Positions 41,231 through 51,897 are shown, counted from the stretch's first letter. The stretch is 64,000 bases of DNA from an uncultured virus (IMG/VR IMGVR_UViG_3300020558_000001) (IMGVR_UViG_3300020558_000001); one strand, 5' to 3'. Notes: a model not told the origin generated them from the sequence alone. Made by a program: numbers and translations.

Positions 41231-42685
41231 CTAAGAACGAGAAAGTATCAATTCTCCACAACGAGATACGTCTTCAATGTGTACACCACATTGGTCTTTA
41301 ACGTGCATCTCATAGTAGTCACCTGAGTGAGAAGCAAGTTTGTTGTTAACTGGACCATAAGGTGTAACAAGACCTGCTGTATAAATCAATGACATACCAC
41401 CTTTTTTCTTAATACGTTTGATGTTAGATTGTTGTCCTTGTCCTGAAAAATCAAGGAAAGTAAAACGCATAGATTCAGTAGGATAACCTGTAACTGGGTC
41501 AATCTCAAAGTTAATCTCTCTATCATCATATAATGGATTATGGATGAGTTCAAGCTCAGCACCATTTGCCATTCTATACTTCACAAACTGATAACCAGCA
41601 GCAAGAGCTTGCTCATTATAATCAGAAGAAGTTTTGTTAATGAACAATTGGTCAACAACTTGAATGAAACCTTTTTTCTCCATCCAATCTTGGATAGCAC
41701 GATGGAAGATAATCATACCATATTCACCTGTGTATGCTTTGATTTTACGTTGTCCACCAGGTTTAACACGAGAGTAGAAAATGTCCATCAAGTACTCTTC
41801 AATTAGAGTAGCAGTAAGATGAGTATAACGATGAATGTGAGAATCTTCCAATTGCTCTTGAATACCAGGACCTGAATAGATTGGTCTACCATTAGCACCA
41901 AGTACAGAATCTGTACTACGAGAATACCAATAACCTCTCTCAAGTTCCTTGTACCATTGTTGCCAGTATTCTACTTCAGCATACTTAATCCAAGTATCAT
42001 GCATTTTACCATTAGGGTCTGGAACCTTAACTGCAAGAACTTGATTGTGTGCATCACCTGTTACTTGATACTTTTTACGGAAACGAGAAAGTCTATTCTT
42101 TAAAGTAATAGGAAGTGAGTATTGAGTTGAACCTGATTGTTCACCTGCTTCTTCATATTGAGAGAATAGTTTTGCCCATTGAGTACCAGGAGTAAGATAA
42201 GTCAAAGGAAGAAAATCAGCAGGATTGTCAGTCATTAGACGTACTGTATAAATCCAACCTTTACCATGTCTGTATGGTTCTTCTTGTACACGAACTTGAT
42301 ATTTTTTGTTAGTAGTACCTGGGTGAAGAACATCACCTGGAACAAACCAGTTTTCATCAAGTTTAATTTTGAAGTTTTGTTTTAGTTTACCAGGAGTTGT
42401 ATTACCTACAGTTTCTACGTTTTCAACTACAACAAGTGGTCTTGTCATACCTGTTCTCAATCCCCATTCCCATTCATTAGAAGTAATCTCTTCTTCTTTA
42501 CCCATCATAGATAGGATGTAAGTCATAGGATTATCTGAATAACGAGTGGCTGAAAACAACCTTGTCATTACTGATTCAAATACATGTGGCTTTGCAATAA
42601 GAGCAGCACCCAAGTGATTGAGGTCTGTCATATTAGCATGCCAAGGCATCTGTTTAGTTACTAACTTATTATTTAATTGTGCCAT
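41231..42685 (-). CDS. Major capsid protein
   Basis: 484 aa; portal-scaffold-MCP order; GRPIYSGPGIQEQLE, YTGEYGM and LIHNPLYDD motifs of crAss-like MCPs; strong terminator follows. Confidence 0.9.
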   Translation of the reverse strand: MAQLNNKLVTKQMPWHANMTDLNHLGAALIAKPHVFESVMTRLFSATRYSDNPMTYILSMMGKEEEITSNEWEWGLRTGMTRPLVVVENVETVGNTTPGKLKQNFKIKLDENWFVPGDVLHPGTTNKKYQVRVQEEPYRHGKGWIYTVRLMTDNPADFLPLTYLTPGTQWAKLFSQYEEAGEQSGSTQYSLPITLKNRLSRFRKKYQVTGDAHNQVLAVKVPDPNGKMHDTWIKYAEVEYWQQWYKELERGYWYSRSTDSVLGANGRPIYSGPGIQEQLEDSHIHRYTHLTATLIEEYLMDIFYSRVKPGGQRKIKAYTGEYGMIIFHRAIQDWMEKKGFIQVVDQLFINKTSSDYNEQALAAGYQFVKYRMANGAELELIHNPLYDDREINFEIDPVTGYPTESMRFTFLDFSGQGQQSNIKRIKKKGGMSLIYTAGLVTPYGPVNNKLASHSGDYYEMHVKDQCGVHIEDVSRCGELILSRS

Positions 42686-42712
42686 TTTTTAAAATTTACT
42701 TTTTTGTTTTAA

Positions 42713-43822
42713 TTAAAAATAATCTGCCAAACCTTTATTGCGAGAACCTTTATTGCCGATAGGAGAAACTTTGCTATTTGTAAGTTTAGATTTAGTTTCT
42801 CTAATTATTTCTGTCTTTGCTTTTTCCTTTAAATCAGTTAAGTCAAAATCATTACTGATAAGTTTAGCAAGCAAGATAGTCTTTTCTTTATCTTTAAATA
42901 CTTGCTGTAAATCATTTTGAAACTGAGTAAGGTATTGACTTTCTGAAATTTTAACAGAAGCTCTTGTCATATATCCATGAAGTACTTTTTTATCTCTTTG
43001 AGTAATACTCCAATCTTTTATATTATCAGCATCATCAATTAAACCTTTTAATTCTTTAACATACTGCTTTCTTTGTTCCTCTTGTTGTAACTGATAATAC
43101 TGTTGCTTCTTAATTGCTTCTTCTCTATTCTGCTCAATCTCTTCTTCTACATTTTCATGATACTTTTGAGCATACTTAGTAAGCTTACCTGTTTCTTTTA
43201 AAAACTCAATTTTATCATCTATATCTTCATCATCTAAATCTTCATAAGCCTTATAGTAATACTTTAAAAACTTTTCTTCAGATTTAGAATCTCCTATTGT
43301 AGGAGTTGGTATTTGAGAAATTTCATTATAAAATTTAAAAAACTGTCTAGTATCCCCACCTTCTTTTTTAAATTTTAAGAATGCTTTTGCATCATCATCC
43401 AAGTCATCCATAAAAGCTTTAATAGTTTCATCTAAACCTGCTTCTATTTCCTGCTCAATAACATCAGCAAATGTTTCTTCATTAAATTCAGTTTCATCTT
43501 CAACATCAATTGATATAACTCCTTTTTCTTTAAGTAGTTTATATACATTTGAATATGATGTTTTTGATTGTGAAACTTCTTCTTCATCTTCATCAAAAAA
43601 AACTTCTTTTTCCTTTTCAGGTTCAGTAACTTTCTTATCATCAAGATTTACAGGTTCATCATCATCGTCATCTTCAACCTGTTTTAATTTTGATATAGGA
43701 GTTTCCTGTGTTGCAGTTTCTTTAACTTCAGGTGTAATTCCAAAAAAATCTTCTGAATTATCCCAAGAGAAATTCATAAGACTACTTTCCAATTCTTGTT
43801 CTTTACTTAGTTCTTTACTCAT
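42713..43822 (-). CDS. Acidic capsid scaffolding-like protein
   Basis: Very acidic and coiled-coil; lies between portal and MCP. Confidence 0.65.
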   Translation of the reverse strand: MSKELSKEQELESSLMNFSWDNSEDFFGITPEVKETATQETPISKLKQVEDDDDDEPVNLDDKKVTEPEKEKEVFFDEDEEEVSQSKTSYSNVYKLLKEKGVISIDVEDETEFNEETFADVIEQEIEAGLDETIKAFMDDLDDDAKAFLKFKKEGGDTRQFFKFYNEISQIPTPTIGDSKSEEKFLKYYYKAYEDLDDEDIDDKIEFLKETGKLTKYAQKYHENVEEEIEQNREEAIKKQQYYQLQQEEQRKQYVKELKGLIDDADNIKDWSITQRDKKVLHGYMTRASVKISESQYLTQFQNDLQQVFKDKEKTILLAKLISNDFDLTDLKEKAKTEIIRETKSKLTNSKVSPIGNKGSRNKGLADYF

Positions 43823-43829
43823 AACGATA

Positions 43830-43837
43830 CAAATTTA
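43830..43837 (-). promoter_or_regulatory. Bacteroidota-type -7 promoter element (TAnnTTTG)
   Basis: TAAATTTG on the minus strand, 7 nt upstream of the scaffold ATG, in an intergenic gap. Confidence 0.55.
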
Positions 43838-43889
43838 AGATTTAAAATGAAGTTTTTTTAAGATTTATTCTTAAGTTTTAAAATGTTAT

Positions 43890-46331
43890 CTAATTGCTTT
43901 TTTTGTTAAGCTTTTTCTTTTCTAATTCCATCTTCTCTTTATCTACTTTTTTCTGATACTCAAACTCTTGCTCATTTAAATCTTGTTTCCTCATTTTAAT
44001 CTGAGCTTCCATTCCTTTTCTTGCTACTTCTAAAACATCAGGTTCCCCATCTTTATCTAAGTCTTTATCCATTGAGAATCCCATAGATAAGATAGTTTGT
44101 TTTTGTATTTCTCTTTCTGTTTTCATCTTCTCAAGCATTACTTCAGTTTCTCTTTCAAACAACATCTTTTCTTTATCTGCTTGTAACATTTGTTGCTGCA
44201 TCTCCTGTTGTTTCTGTAACTGTTGCATTTGCTGTTGTTGCATTTCTTCTCTCTTCTTTGCTTCAGAAGATATTAACATTTCTTCAGCTTCTTGAATTCC
44301 TTCTGCTCTAATAACTTTAATTACATCTGACAAATCTAATTTAGCTGCCTGCATTGCTGCATGTGCAAGTTGACCTACAAGTTCTTTAGCTTCATGTGCT
44401 TTAGATGAATTAGAAACAAAGATACCATAAGTAGAATTATCTAACAAATCTGCATCTATAGTTAAAAGTTGTCTTGAAAAATCATCTAATATATAATTCA
44501 ACTTTTGATTACCCTTTTCAGTATAAGCTACCTTAGCAGTTTCAATAAGTCTTTGTAATACATTTCTCTTAACATAATTATGCAATTCAAATACTGGTTC
44601 CAATATATGTGAACTCTGTACCATAGTTTGTTTAGTATTTGTAACTGCAGCATTAGGACCAATCTGACCTTCAGCTTCAGGTGGAATACCAATAGACATC
44701 CCTGCTCTTCTTTCAATATATTCTGCTAAGTTAATATATTTCTGAATATCAGATGCTAAAGACATATCTATTTCTTTAACTGCATTAGGTATAGAATAGT
44801 CACCTTTATTACCTTCTTCATTAGGATTCATAAATCCTATTTTAGAACTCTCTAAAAAGTATAACCATTTCTCAGTATCTATACCAGCAGATTCAGGTAT
44901 CATTCCAATGTTCATCATAAGAAGTTTACCTTTATCAGATGCCATTAACAATTCTATCCTATACATTATAATATTGTAATAATACTGATAAGCTTTAATC
45001 CTATCAATAAAAGAAGTAGGGAGAGAATTAGTAGCATCCATGATAGCACCAATGTAAGGAAGCTTACAATAATGCAAATTATTTAAATCTTTAAACTGTC
45101 CTGCTACTGGACCCATATTTACATAAATATCTACACCAATCTTATATCCCTCATATACTTCAGGAATCCATTCCCAAGATATAGATATATCTCCTTGTTC
45201 TCTATTAACAGAATAACCTTCATCTACTAACCTTTCTTGTACTTCACCATTCTGGTCTGTAAATGTAAGAAACCCTATTTTTCTCAAAGCTTTCCATGTA
45301 GCATGAATTACTCTTACAGTCCAACCCTCATCTTCCTTATTAATATTAAAAGTAAATGCAGAGTCAGTAACGTGATTAGCACTTTGAGTATAAATAGAAT
45401 ATATCTTATCAATCTCATCAGTAGTTAACTGGTCACCAAAATGTGATATTACAGTAGAAGGAGAAAGTCTGTAAACACATACTGCCCATTCACCATCTTC
45501 AATAAATTCAGTATCAGGTGATTTATCATAGTCAAAATAAAGTGGATTAACTGTTGACATTGCAGGTTCACCATTAAGAATACCTACCCAAAATATTTCT
45601 TTTGCTGAAATACACAAATGCTTAAATCCCTGATTAAACTTAGTAGGTACATTTTCCTTGTGTATCATGTACTCAAGTAATTGATGAGCAAGTGCTTCAG
45701 CTGGGTCTTGATGTTCTCTCTCCATATACTTCCTAATTTCTGGAGGAGTCATAGTTTGTAACTCTTGTTCTATCTGTTGCTGTATCTGTTGCATTTGTTC
45801 AGGAGTAGGTTGTTGTCCTTGTAACTCTGCCATCTTCTGTTGTTCCAATCCTGCTCTGATTGGTTTCATTATTTCAGCCATTACATATTCCTGTATCATC
45901 TTAAACTCTTCCTGTTCTCTCCTTGTAGTAGCTTCTTCATTTACTGCCATTACTTTCCATGCAAAAGGTCTTTTCATTTCCATACCTAAGAGTACTTTAA
46001 TCTTAGGAGAAGTAATATCTCTATTTACAAAGTTAGCAGGTAACTCTCCACTCTGTGCACCAAATGGTCTAACTACATATTCAAAATCCCTTATATTCAA
46101 CATGTTATTAAACATGTCATAATTAACTTTCATCCTTTTATAATCTGATACACCATTAGTATCAAATGAGTCAAAACCATATCCATTAAAACCTACTTGT
46201 GAAAATGACCTCTTATCCAAAAAGTCTATATTTTGTTTGTACCAAGATTTACCATCAACATTTTTTTGACCTCTTGTCAACCTATGTTTAGGCATACCCT
46301 TACTAAAATTACCATCAGTGCTATGTATCAT
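43890..46331 (-). CDS. Portal protein
   Basis: 813 aa directly after terminase; PKIKVLLGMEMKRPF and SWEWIPEVYEGYKIG crAss portal-like motifs. Confidence 0.88.
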   Translation of the reverse strand: MIHSTDGNFSKGMPKHRLTRGQKNVDGKSWYKQNIDFLDKRSFSQVGFNGYGFDSFDTNGVSDYKRMKVNYDMFNNMLNIRDFEYVVRPFGAQSGELPANFVNRDITSPKIKVLLGMEMKRPFAWKVMAVNEEATTRREQEEFKMIQEYVMAEIMKPIRAGLEQQKMAELQGQQPTPEQMQQIQQQIEQELQTMTPPEIRKYMEREHQDPAEALAHQLLEYMIHKENVPTKFNQGFKHLCISAKEIFWVGILNGEPAMSTVNPLYFDYDKSPDTEFIEDGEWAVCVYRLSPSTVISHFGDQLTTDEIDKIYSIYTQSANHVTDSAFTFNINKEDEGWTVRVIHATWKALRKIGFLTFTDQNGEVQERLVDEGYSVNREQGDISISWEWIPEVYEGYKIGVDIYVNMGPVAGQFKDLNNLHYCKLPYIGAIMDATNSLPTSFIDRIKAYQYYYNIIMYRIELLMASDKGKLLMMNIGMIPESAGIDTEKWLYFLESSKIGFMNPNEEGNKGDYSIPNAVKEIDMSLASDIQKYINLAEYIERRAGMSIGIPPEAEGQIGPNAAVTNTKQTMVQSSHILEPVFELHNYVKRNVLQRLIETAKVAYTEKGNQKLNYILDDFSRQLLTIDADLLDNSTYGIFVSNSSKAHEAKELVGQLAHAAMQAAKLDLSDVIKVIRAEGIQEAEEMLISSEAKKREEMQQQQMQQLQKQQEMQQQMLQADKEKMLFERETEVMLEKMKTEREIQKQTILSMGFSMDKDLDKDGEPDVLEVARKGMEAQIKMRKQDLNEQEFEYQKKVDKEKMELEKKKLNKKSN

Positions 46332-48415
46332 ATTGCTTGTTTATTTGAATTTTTAAACCATGATTTGTAACTATCTAAAAGATATTTTGCTGCTTTATTT
46401 TTTTCTGTCTTATCCGAATACTGTTTTTCTCCTTCTTCTTCTATTTGAAACATAATCATCATAAATGCCATTACTCGGTCAAAGTTTCCTTTCTTATTAA
46501 ACTGTATTAATTCTTCTATTAATCCTGGGTCTTCAATAGTATCTAAGTTTAAAACTATATTTCCATTTTCATCTACATCTCTTTCTTGAAGTAGCCATTG
46601 TTTAATATACTTAGCACCTGCATCCTTAAGGTCACTATTCATGTGAATACCATAAACCCTTGATACTCTTGAGTTCTTAATACTCTTAGATATAACAGCA
46701 TCAGGTTGTGCAGCTAACAGATGTAACTTTCTTTTCTTTTCAAAATATCCTTTAACATCTCTAATCATATTCTCATGCATTATCTCTGCATTGTAAAGTT
46801 CTGCTAACAATTCTACAATTCTATGAGTATCATCTACTGTCTTCATTCTACCTACATAAGCTGCTACTATTTTATTCCTTGTAAATGAAAACACAGCATT
46901 ACTTTTATATACATATACAGCACCTAATGATACACCTCCACTTTGGTCTTGTTGATAAGGGTCATATCCTATCTTATAAAGACCTTTAGGTGCATTAGGT
47001 ATTGGATATTCAAATATAACTGGTGCACCACTCAAATCAGTAATCTTAGGTTTATAATCCCAAACAGGTTGTAACTCATTCTTTAAATCAGGTAATGCTT
47101 TAACTTTACCATCTTCTCCTCTTATAAGATTAACAGCTTGTCCTTTCTTAAAATGCAATTGTTCTCTTTCTACAATATCCTTTCTTCTTCTAAGTTCAGT
47201 AATAGGAAAGTCATTAGTAGATACTGTTAAAAAAGCTTCACTTGGTTTTAATGGATATTCTTGTACTCTACCTTGTATAACTCCTACACCATTAGCTGAG
47301 TTCTTTATAATTATCTCTCTTTGATTAGTTTCAAAATCAATAGCTTCTTGTGTAGCAGAATTACCTTGTTTATCATAAAAACCATCCATGTTCCAAAACA
47401 CAGGATGAAAGAATCCACACTTAGTATTATCTGCATTATCATCCCATATATTTGTAAATGGCATTAAGTTAAAAGTAAGTGGGTCATAAAACATTTCAGC
47501 AAAATCTACTGTACCACTTTCCATATCACCACCTGTACCAAATATAAGTATTTGTCCTGTTACATATTTACCTGACCTAAGTGTAGGTTCAGTAGCACTA
47601 TAAGAATCTTTCAAATTAGGAAACTTACCTGCTTCCTCAAACAATACATAAACAGAGTCTTTACCACGAGCAGCATCTGGATTATCCTTAAATGTAATTG
47701 CCATTACTTGTGATGCATAACCTTTCTCAATAGCTACACCATTCAATACTTCTTTAAAAGATGCTTTCCTATATTCCTGCTTATCAATAAAATCTCTATT
47801 CTTTCTCCAACCAGTATGTTCATTTAAAAAGTTCATATAGTCAGTAGCCATACCCATTGTACCATTAGGATATAAATACTTCTTATCAAATGCACCAATA
47901 ATAGAAAGTGAGTTTCTTGTGTTATTATACTTATTAACTACTTTAGATGCATTCTTAAATGAGTAACCTTTTCTTCGAGATTTACCTACAATCATGTGTC
48001 TTCCACCATCCAAATACTCTTCTTGAATACTAACACTTAAATGAAGTTTATCTAACTCTTTTTTAGTAAGTCCATTATAAGCTATTTCAGTTGCCCAATA
48101 ATAGTTATAATCACCATCCCAAAAGTCAGGAAATCCTTCTATCTTTTTAGCCTTCTTACCTGCTGCATTTTTCTCTACTCTTAAGATAGGACAAAAGTTA
48201 AGATAAAAGTAATGGTCACCTGTAATCTTAACTCCACCTGTTTCATATCCTTCAATAGTTCTTCTAAGTTGTTCTTCCCAATACATTTGCCAGGATGGAG
48301 AACCCCAAGGGTCAGGACAATAATACCCATGCTTTTCAAAGTGTCTTGCTTCTTCTCTGAAAACTTCTGTATTAATCCAATGTCCATCAGGGTTTCTTAC
48401 TGACTCTACTTTCAT
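46328..48415 (-). CDS. terL: Terminase large subunit
   Basis: Walker A GKSRRKGYS, Walker B VLFEEAG, FGTGG coupling motif, nuclease GYDPY and NFDRVMA. Confidence 0.93.
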   Translation of the reverse strand: MKVESVRNPDGHWINTEVFREEARHFEKHGYYCPDPWGSPSWQMYWEEQLRRTIEGYETGGVKITGDHYFYLNFCPILRVEKNAAGKKAKKIEGFPDFWDGDYNYYWATEIAYNGLTKKELDKLHLSVSIQEEYLDGGRHMIVGKSRRKGYSFKNASKVVNKYNNTRNSLSIIGAFDKKYLYPNGTMGMATDYMNFLNEHTGWRKNRDFIDKQEYRKASFKEVLNGVAIEKGYASQVMAITFKDNPDAARGKDSVYVLFEEAGKFPNLKDSYSATEPTLRSGKYVTGQILIFGTGGDMESGTVDFAEMFYDPLTFNLMPFTNIWDDNADNTKCGFFHPVFWNMDGFYDKQGNSATQEAIDFETNQREIIIKNSANGVGVIQGRVQEYPLKPSEAFLTVSTNDFPITELRRRKDIVEREQLHFKKGQAVNLIRGEDGKVKALPDLKNELQPVWDYKPKITDLSGAPVIFEYPIPNAPKGLYKIGYDPYQQDQSGGVSLGAVYVYKSNAVFSFTRNKIVAAYVGRMKTVDDTHRIVELLAELYNAEIMHENMIRDVKGYFEKKRKLHLLAAQPDAVISKSIKNSRVSRVYGIHMNSDLKDAGAKYIKQWLLQERDVDENGNIVLNLDTIEDPGLIEELIQFNKKGNFDRVMAFMMIMFQIEEEGEKQYSDKTEKNKAAKYLLDSYKSWFKNSNKQAI

Positions 48416-48416
48416 A

Positions 48417-48887
48417 CTATTGTGATGGAGCTGCTGTTACATATTTCAATCTATACATTGTATGTGCTGTAAGTTGCTGCATTTCATCTAACTGATTTAA
48501 TATCCAACTTTCTGTGTACATAGACCTTGCTTCATCTATTTTATCATACAAAGATTCCATGTATTGAACAGGATTTTGTATTACAGAAGCTGAGAATGAA
48601 ATTGATAGTTGACCATGTACAGCCATTACAGTTTCAGCAAATGTATCTAATAGTTCATCAAGGGAATCATAAAAAATACCCATAGCATCATGTATTGCAG
48701 AAGACTTTACTCTCTGTTCAATATGAGTAATGTGTGCATCTTCTTTTGCCTTAAACAATAAAGATACAAATCTTGAGCATGACTCAGGATGTTTTCCCAT
48801 ACCCATGCCCATAGACATTGGTGTAGATTTAAGTGACATAGTGGGTTCATCAAAGTACCCTGCTAAATCTTTTTTGTTTTTCATCAT
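48417..48887 (-). CDS. Ferritin/Dps-like four-helix protein
   Basis: AHITH...IHDAMGIFYDSLDELLDTFAE...NQLDEM...YRL pattern. Confidence 0.65.
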   Translation of the reverse strand: MMKNKKDLAGYFDEPTMSLKSTPMSMGMGMGKHPESCSRFVSLLFKAKEDAHITHIEQRVKSSAIHDAMGIFYDSLDELLDTFAETVMAVHGQLSISFSASVIQNPVQYMESLYDKIDEARSMYTESWILNQLDEMQQLTAHTMYRLKYVTAAPSQ

Positions 48888-49438
48888 CTTTCAAATGGAT
48901 TAATTTCTTTACCAGATTTTGTTTTTGAACTCTCATATAATTCCTGCTCAACTCTTTCTTTTAAATCAGTCATTGATTTAAGTACTTCATTAGCAGACTT
49001 TAATGCAGGAATAACTTCACCAATCTTATACACAGGTTGTCCTTTATCTGTTCTTTCATTAAAATCTATATTCTCAAAAAAGTTAATAGTTTGTTCTATA
49101 CCTTTCTTTACAGCAATATAATACTTCATTGATACAGATGCTTCTTGTAACCATTCATTATACTTAACAACTCCCTCTCTTACAAAGTCATCAGGAAACC
49201 ACTTTTCATCTCTCCACAATCCTTTAATTACTTCTCTTTCTTTAAGCTCCTGTGAATAACCTGCATAAGGATTTGTCTTTCTTGGTGATACCAAGAAGCA
49301 AATATAAGAAAATTCTTTTATAGCTGTTTCTTTATGCTTAGATTTATCTCTATCCCATATTTCTTTAAAAGGTGAAATAAGTAATACTTCCTTAACAGGA
49401 GTTACATGAGAGTTATGCATTTCAAATATTTCTACCAT
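48884..49438 (-). CDS. Conserved crAss-like protein upstream of TerL (small terminase candidate)
   Basis: 184 aa; PFKEIWDRDKSKHKETAIKE motif; position. Confidence 0.5.
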   Translation of the reverse strand: MVEIFEMHNSHVTPVKEVLLISPFKEIWDRDKSKHKETAIKEFSYICFLVSPRKTNPYAGYSQELKEREVIKGLWRDEKWFPDDFVREGVVKYNEWLQEASVSMKYYIAVKKGIEQTINFFENIDFNERTDKGQPVYKIGEVIPALKSANEVLKSMTDLKERVEQELYESSKTKSGKEINPFER

Positions 49439-49443
49439 ATCCT

Positions 49444-50382
49444 TTATGTAAGTGACATTATCATATCAATTAATTCTTGCTGTGGAAATATATCATTCTT
49501 TCCTGCAAATGCATTACCATGTGTATATATACCAGGATTCTTTTCCATCTCAGTAGGATTACAAAAATCAAATGCATATTTAACACCTTTACTCTTAATC
49601 ATTTCATACAATCCTTTCTTAGGATTTATCCTGTACAAATCTTGCAAGTAGTAAATCAAGTTTTTTATCTCTTCAATCTGCTTATCAGATATCTTATGAA
49701 AATACTGATTAAACCTATAAACATATCCTAAGTCAACTACTTGGTTAGGACTTACTTCAACTCCAGGCCAAGCATAAAATCCATTAGGATTCTTAGCTAT
49801 CCATTTACTCCCTTGATAATACCCACCTTTATTTAACCCACCAAAAGAACAAATTTCTAATCCAATAGATTCCCTATGTAGTGGAGTATTTCCTACTGAT
49901 AAATGCCAAGCATAAGAACCTTTAGGTAAACAACTAATCATTCTACCATCAAAACCTAAATCACCTTTATTAGGATGCTTACCACCAAGTACATATTCAG
50001 TACCTACTGAGTTAGTATCTTTTTCCCAAAACTTAACTGTTTCATAAGGATTATCCCAACCAGCAGTATGATGTAATATTAACCACCTTTTAGATACAGG
50101 CCCAGGATAATAATTAGGAATCCATTTACCATTAATAGTAATACCTTGAGCTATAGGGTAATACTCATAATCATCATTAGTTAAATCAGTATCTACTTTA
50201 GCAAGTAATGCATTCCATGTAATAGGACCAACAACACCATCAGCAGTAATACCAGATTGCTTTTGAAATTTAACTACAGCATCATGTGTAATTTTACCAA
50301 ATATACCATCAATCTTTATCTCAAGTAATTCCTGAACCTTCATTACTTCATATCCTGTATCACCAAGTTTAACTGTTTCCAT
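49444..50382 (-). CDS. Endolysin: PG-binding domain plus N-acetylmuramoyl-L-alanine amidase
   Basis: N-terminal DGIFGKIT...ADGVVGPITW PG-binding repeats; ILHHTAG, SIGLEIC, YTH...KND zinc-amidase motifs. Confidence 0.88.
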   Translation of the reverse strand: METVKLGDTGYEVMKVQELLEIKIDGIFGKITHDAVVKFQKQSGITADGVVGPITWNALLAKVDTDLTNDDYEYYPIAQGITINGKWIPNYYPGPVSKRWLILHHTAGWDNPYETVKFWEKDTNSVGTEYVLGGKHPNKGDLGFDGRMISCLPKGSYAWHLSVGNTPLHRESIGLEICSFGGLNKGGYYQGSKWIAKNPNGFYAWPGVEVSPNQVVDLGYVYRFNQYFHKISDKQIEEIKNLIYYLQDLYRINPKKGLYEMIKSKGVKYAFDFCNPTEMEKNPGIYTHGNAFAGKNDIFPQQELIDMIMSLT

Positions 50383-50608
50383 TTTGTTTTATAATTAATC
50401 TTTGAGCTAATGTATTAAATTGTTTTTCCATATCTACAAACCTTACATCTACTTCAGTAAGTGCAGTAATATTTTCCAAGTAAGGTTCCATATCATGATT
50501 GAACCTATCAAAAATATGTAAAAAGCTATTAGCTGAGTTAATAACTTCTTGTGCTCTTGTGAGTAAATAATCTTCTGTAATTTCCTCTGGCATTTCTTGT
50601 AGTGTCAT
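50369..50608 (-). CDS. Hypothetical protein
   Basis: 79-aa ORF overlapping both neighbours. Confidence 0.6.
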   Translation of the reverse strand: MTLQEMPEEITEDYLLTRAQEVINSANSFLHIFDRFNHDMEPYLENITALTEVDVRFVDMEKQFNTLAQRLIIKQNGNS

Positions 50609-50904
50609 TTTTCTTTAGTTTTAATTGTTCCTTTAATCATAATAACATCCTTTGAATTATCATCAAATATAATAGCAGCAGACTTACTGAAATCAAATGA
50701 TGTTATCCCTTTACCTTTCAAATGATTAGGAAAAGTAGGACTTTCATAATTCAATATTATCTTATTACCTTCCTTCTTAGATGTAGTACATCCACATGCA
50801 GGTTTAACCTCTATAATCTTCTTATCACCTAAATATTCAAATTGAGCTTTAAGTGCTTGCTTTGGTTTTACTTCACCAAAATTGTAAGTAGTATGATTCC
50901 ACAT
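50605..50904 (-). CDS. DUF1573-like Ig-fold protein
   Basis: YNFGEVK...F-x-Y...VKPACGCT signature. Confidence 0.7.
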   Translation of the reverse strand: MWNHTTYNFGEVKPKQALKAQFEYLGDKKIIEVKPACGCTTSKKEGNKIILNYESPTFPNHLKGKGITSFDFSKSAAIIFDDNSKDVIMIKGTIKTKEK

Positions 50905-51194
50905 TATTTTAAGATTTTAGTTTTATATTCTAACCATTGTTTCTTAGACATCATAGGATAATAACATTTACCTTCACATTGCTTATTCGAAAGAGTAAGT
51001 GCAGGTATATCACAACCACAATGTAAGCATTGTCCATTAGAGTAACATTCTTTATCCATTAATTGAAGTCTTTCTTCAAACTGTTCTTGTATATGTTTCC
51101 TTACCAAGAACTTGAGTTTGGAATAATAGAGTACCTCTCTTGTGTGTCCTTGTATATAATACCATATATCACTTAGATTTCTTTCTCCTTTCAT
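50904..51194 (-). CDS. Cys-cluster (Zn-binding) hypothetical protein
   Basis: CYSNGQCLHCGC...CEGKCYYPMM; likely start ATG 51194. Confidence 0.6.
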   Translation of the reverse strand: MKGERNLSDIWYYIQGHTREVLYYSKLKFLVRKHIQEQFEERLQLMDKECYSNGQCLHCGCDIPALTLSNKQCEGKCYYPMMSKKQWLEYKTKILK

Positions 51195-51525
51195 AATACT
51201 CCTTAAAGAGCGTAGGATTTTTCTCAACATAATTCTCAAGTATTTTTAATCTAATAAAACATTTACTATTCTCAGTAACCCAATCTTGTGTTCTTACTAA
51301 TCCTCTTAACTTCTTTATCTCCTGTAGTATAGGAGCAGCAAATATCTGAAAACTACCAAACCCTTTTAACCTTACATCAGGTAAATCATCTTCTGCCATT
51401 CTACCTCTAAGATAATAAAAAGTATCATTAATTATCTTATAACATTGTGCTTCAGTAAGCTGAGGGTATTGTCCCTTTATAAGCTTATAATATTTACTAA
51501 TACACACATACTTATAATCGTTCAT
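51169..51525 (-). CDS. HU/IHF-like DNA-binding protein
   Basis: DVRLKGFGSFQI HU/IHF signature. Confidence 0.65.
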   Translation of the reverse strand: MNDYKYVCISKYYKLIKGQYPQLTEAQCYKIINDTFYYLRGRMAEDDLPDVRLKGFGSFQIFAAPILQEIKKLRGLVRTQDWVTENSKCFIRLKILENYVEKNPTLFKEYYERRKKSK

Positions 51526-51865
51526 TATCCTTATTTATTATCTGTAAAAAGTATTCTTGCTTATCTACATTAGGAGTAAGTAGGGAGGGTATCTCATTAG
51601 TTGTTGAAATAAATCCTTTTTGTTTAAGTGTCTTTATATAATTAGAAAGTCCACCATCAGATAAAGACAATTCTTGCTTAACCAATTTCTTAGCAGTAGA
51701 ACCAAATCTATCTTTAGCAATATCTCCCTGCAATGACATAAACAGAGCAAGTACTTCAACTTCTTTAGGTGTAAGTTTAATAGGCAGCAATGAATTTACT
51801 ATATTTAAATGTACCTTATAATACTCACTTACAGGTAATTCTAACCTTTTACTTAGTGCTTTCAT
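51512..51865 (-). CDS. Winged HTH DNA-binding protein
   Basis: LTPKEVEVL...VKQELSLSDGGLSNYIKTLKQKGFI. Confidence 0.65.
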   Translation of the reverse strand: MKALSKRLELPVSEYYKVHLNIVNSLLPIKLTPKEVEVLALFMSLQGDIAKDRFGSTAKKLVKQELSLSDGGLSNYIKTLKQKGFISTTNEIPSLLTPNVDKQEYFLQIINKDNERL

Positions 51866-51889
51866 TTTTACTTTAAGTTTTCTTTAGAA

Positions 51890-51897
51890 CAAAGATA
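51890..51897 (-). promoter_or_regulatory. Bacteroidota-type -7 promoter element heading the late operon
   Basis: TATCTTTG on the minus strand ~25 nt upstream of the first minus-strand gene. Confidence 0.55.

Noticed and set aside
721..50000. Short plus-strand and alternate-frame ORFs in the track (e.g. 721-966, 2354-2704, 23425-23868, 38726-39199, 49406-49731)
   Set aside because: Shadow ORFs antisense to, or nested in, long motif-bearing minus-strand genes.
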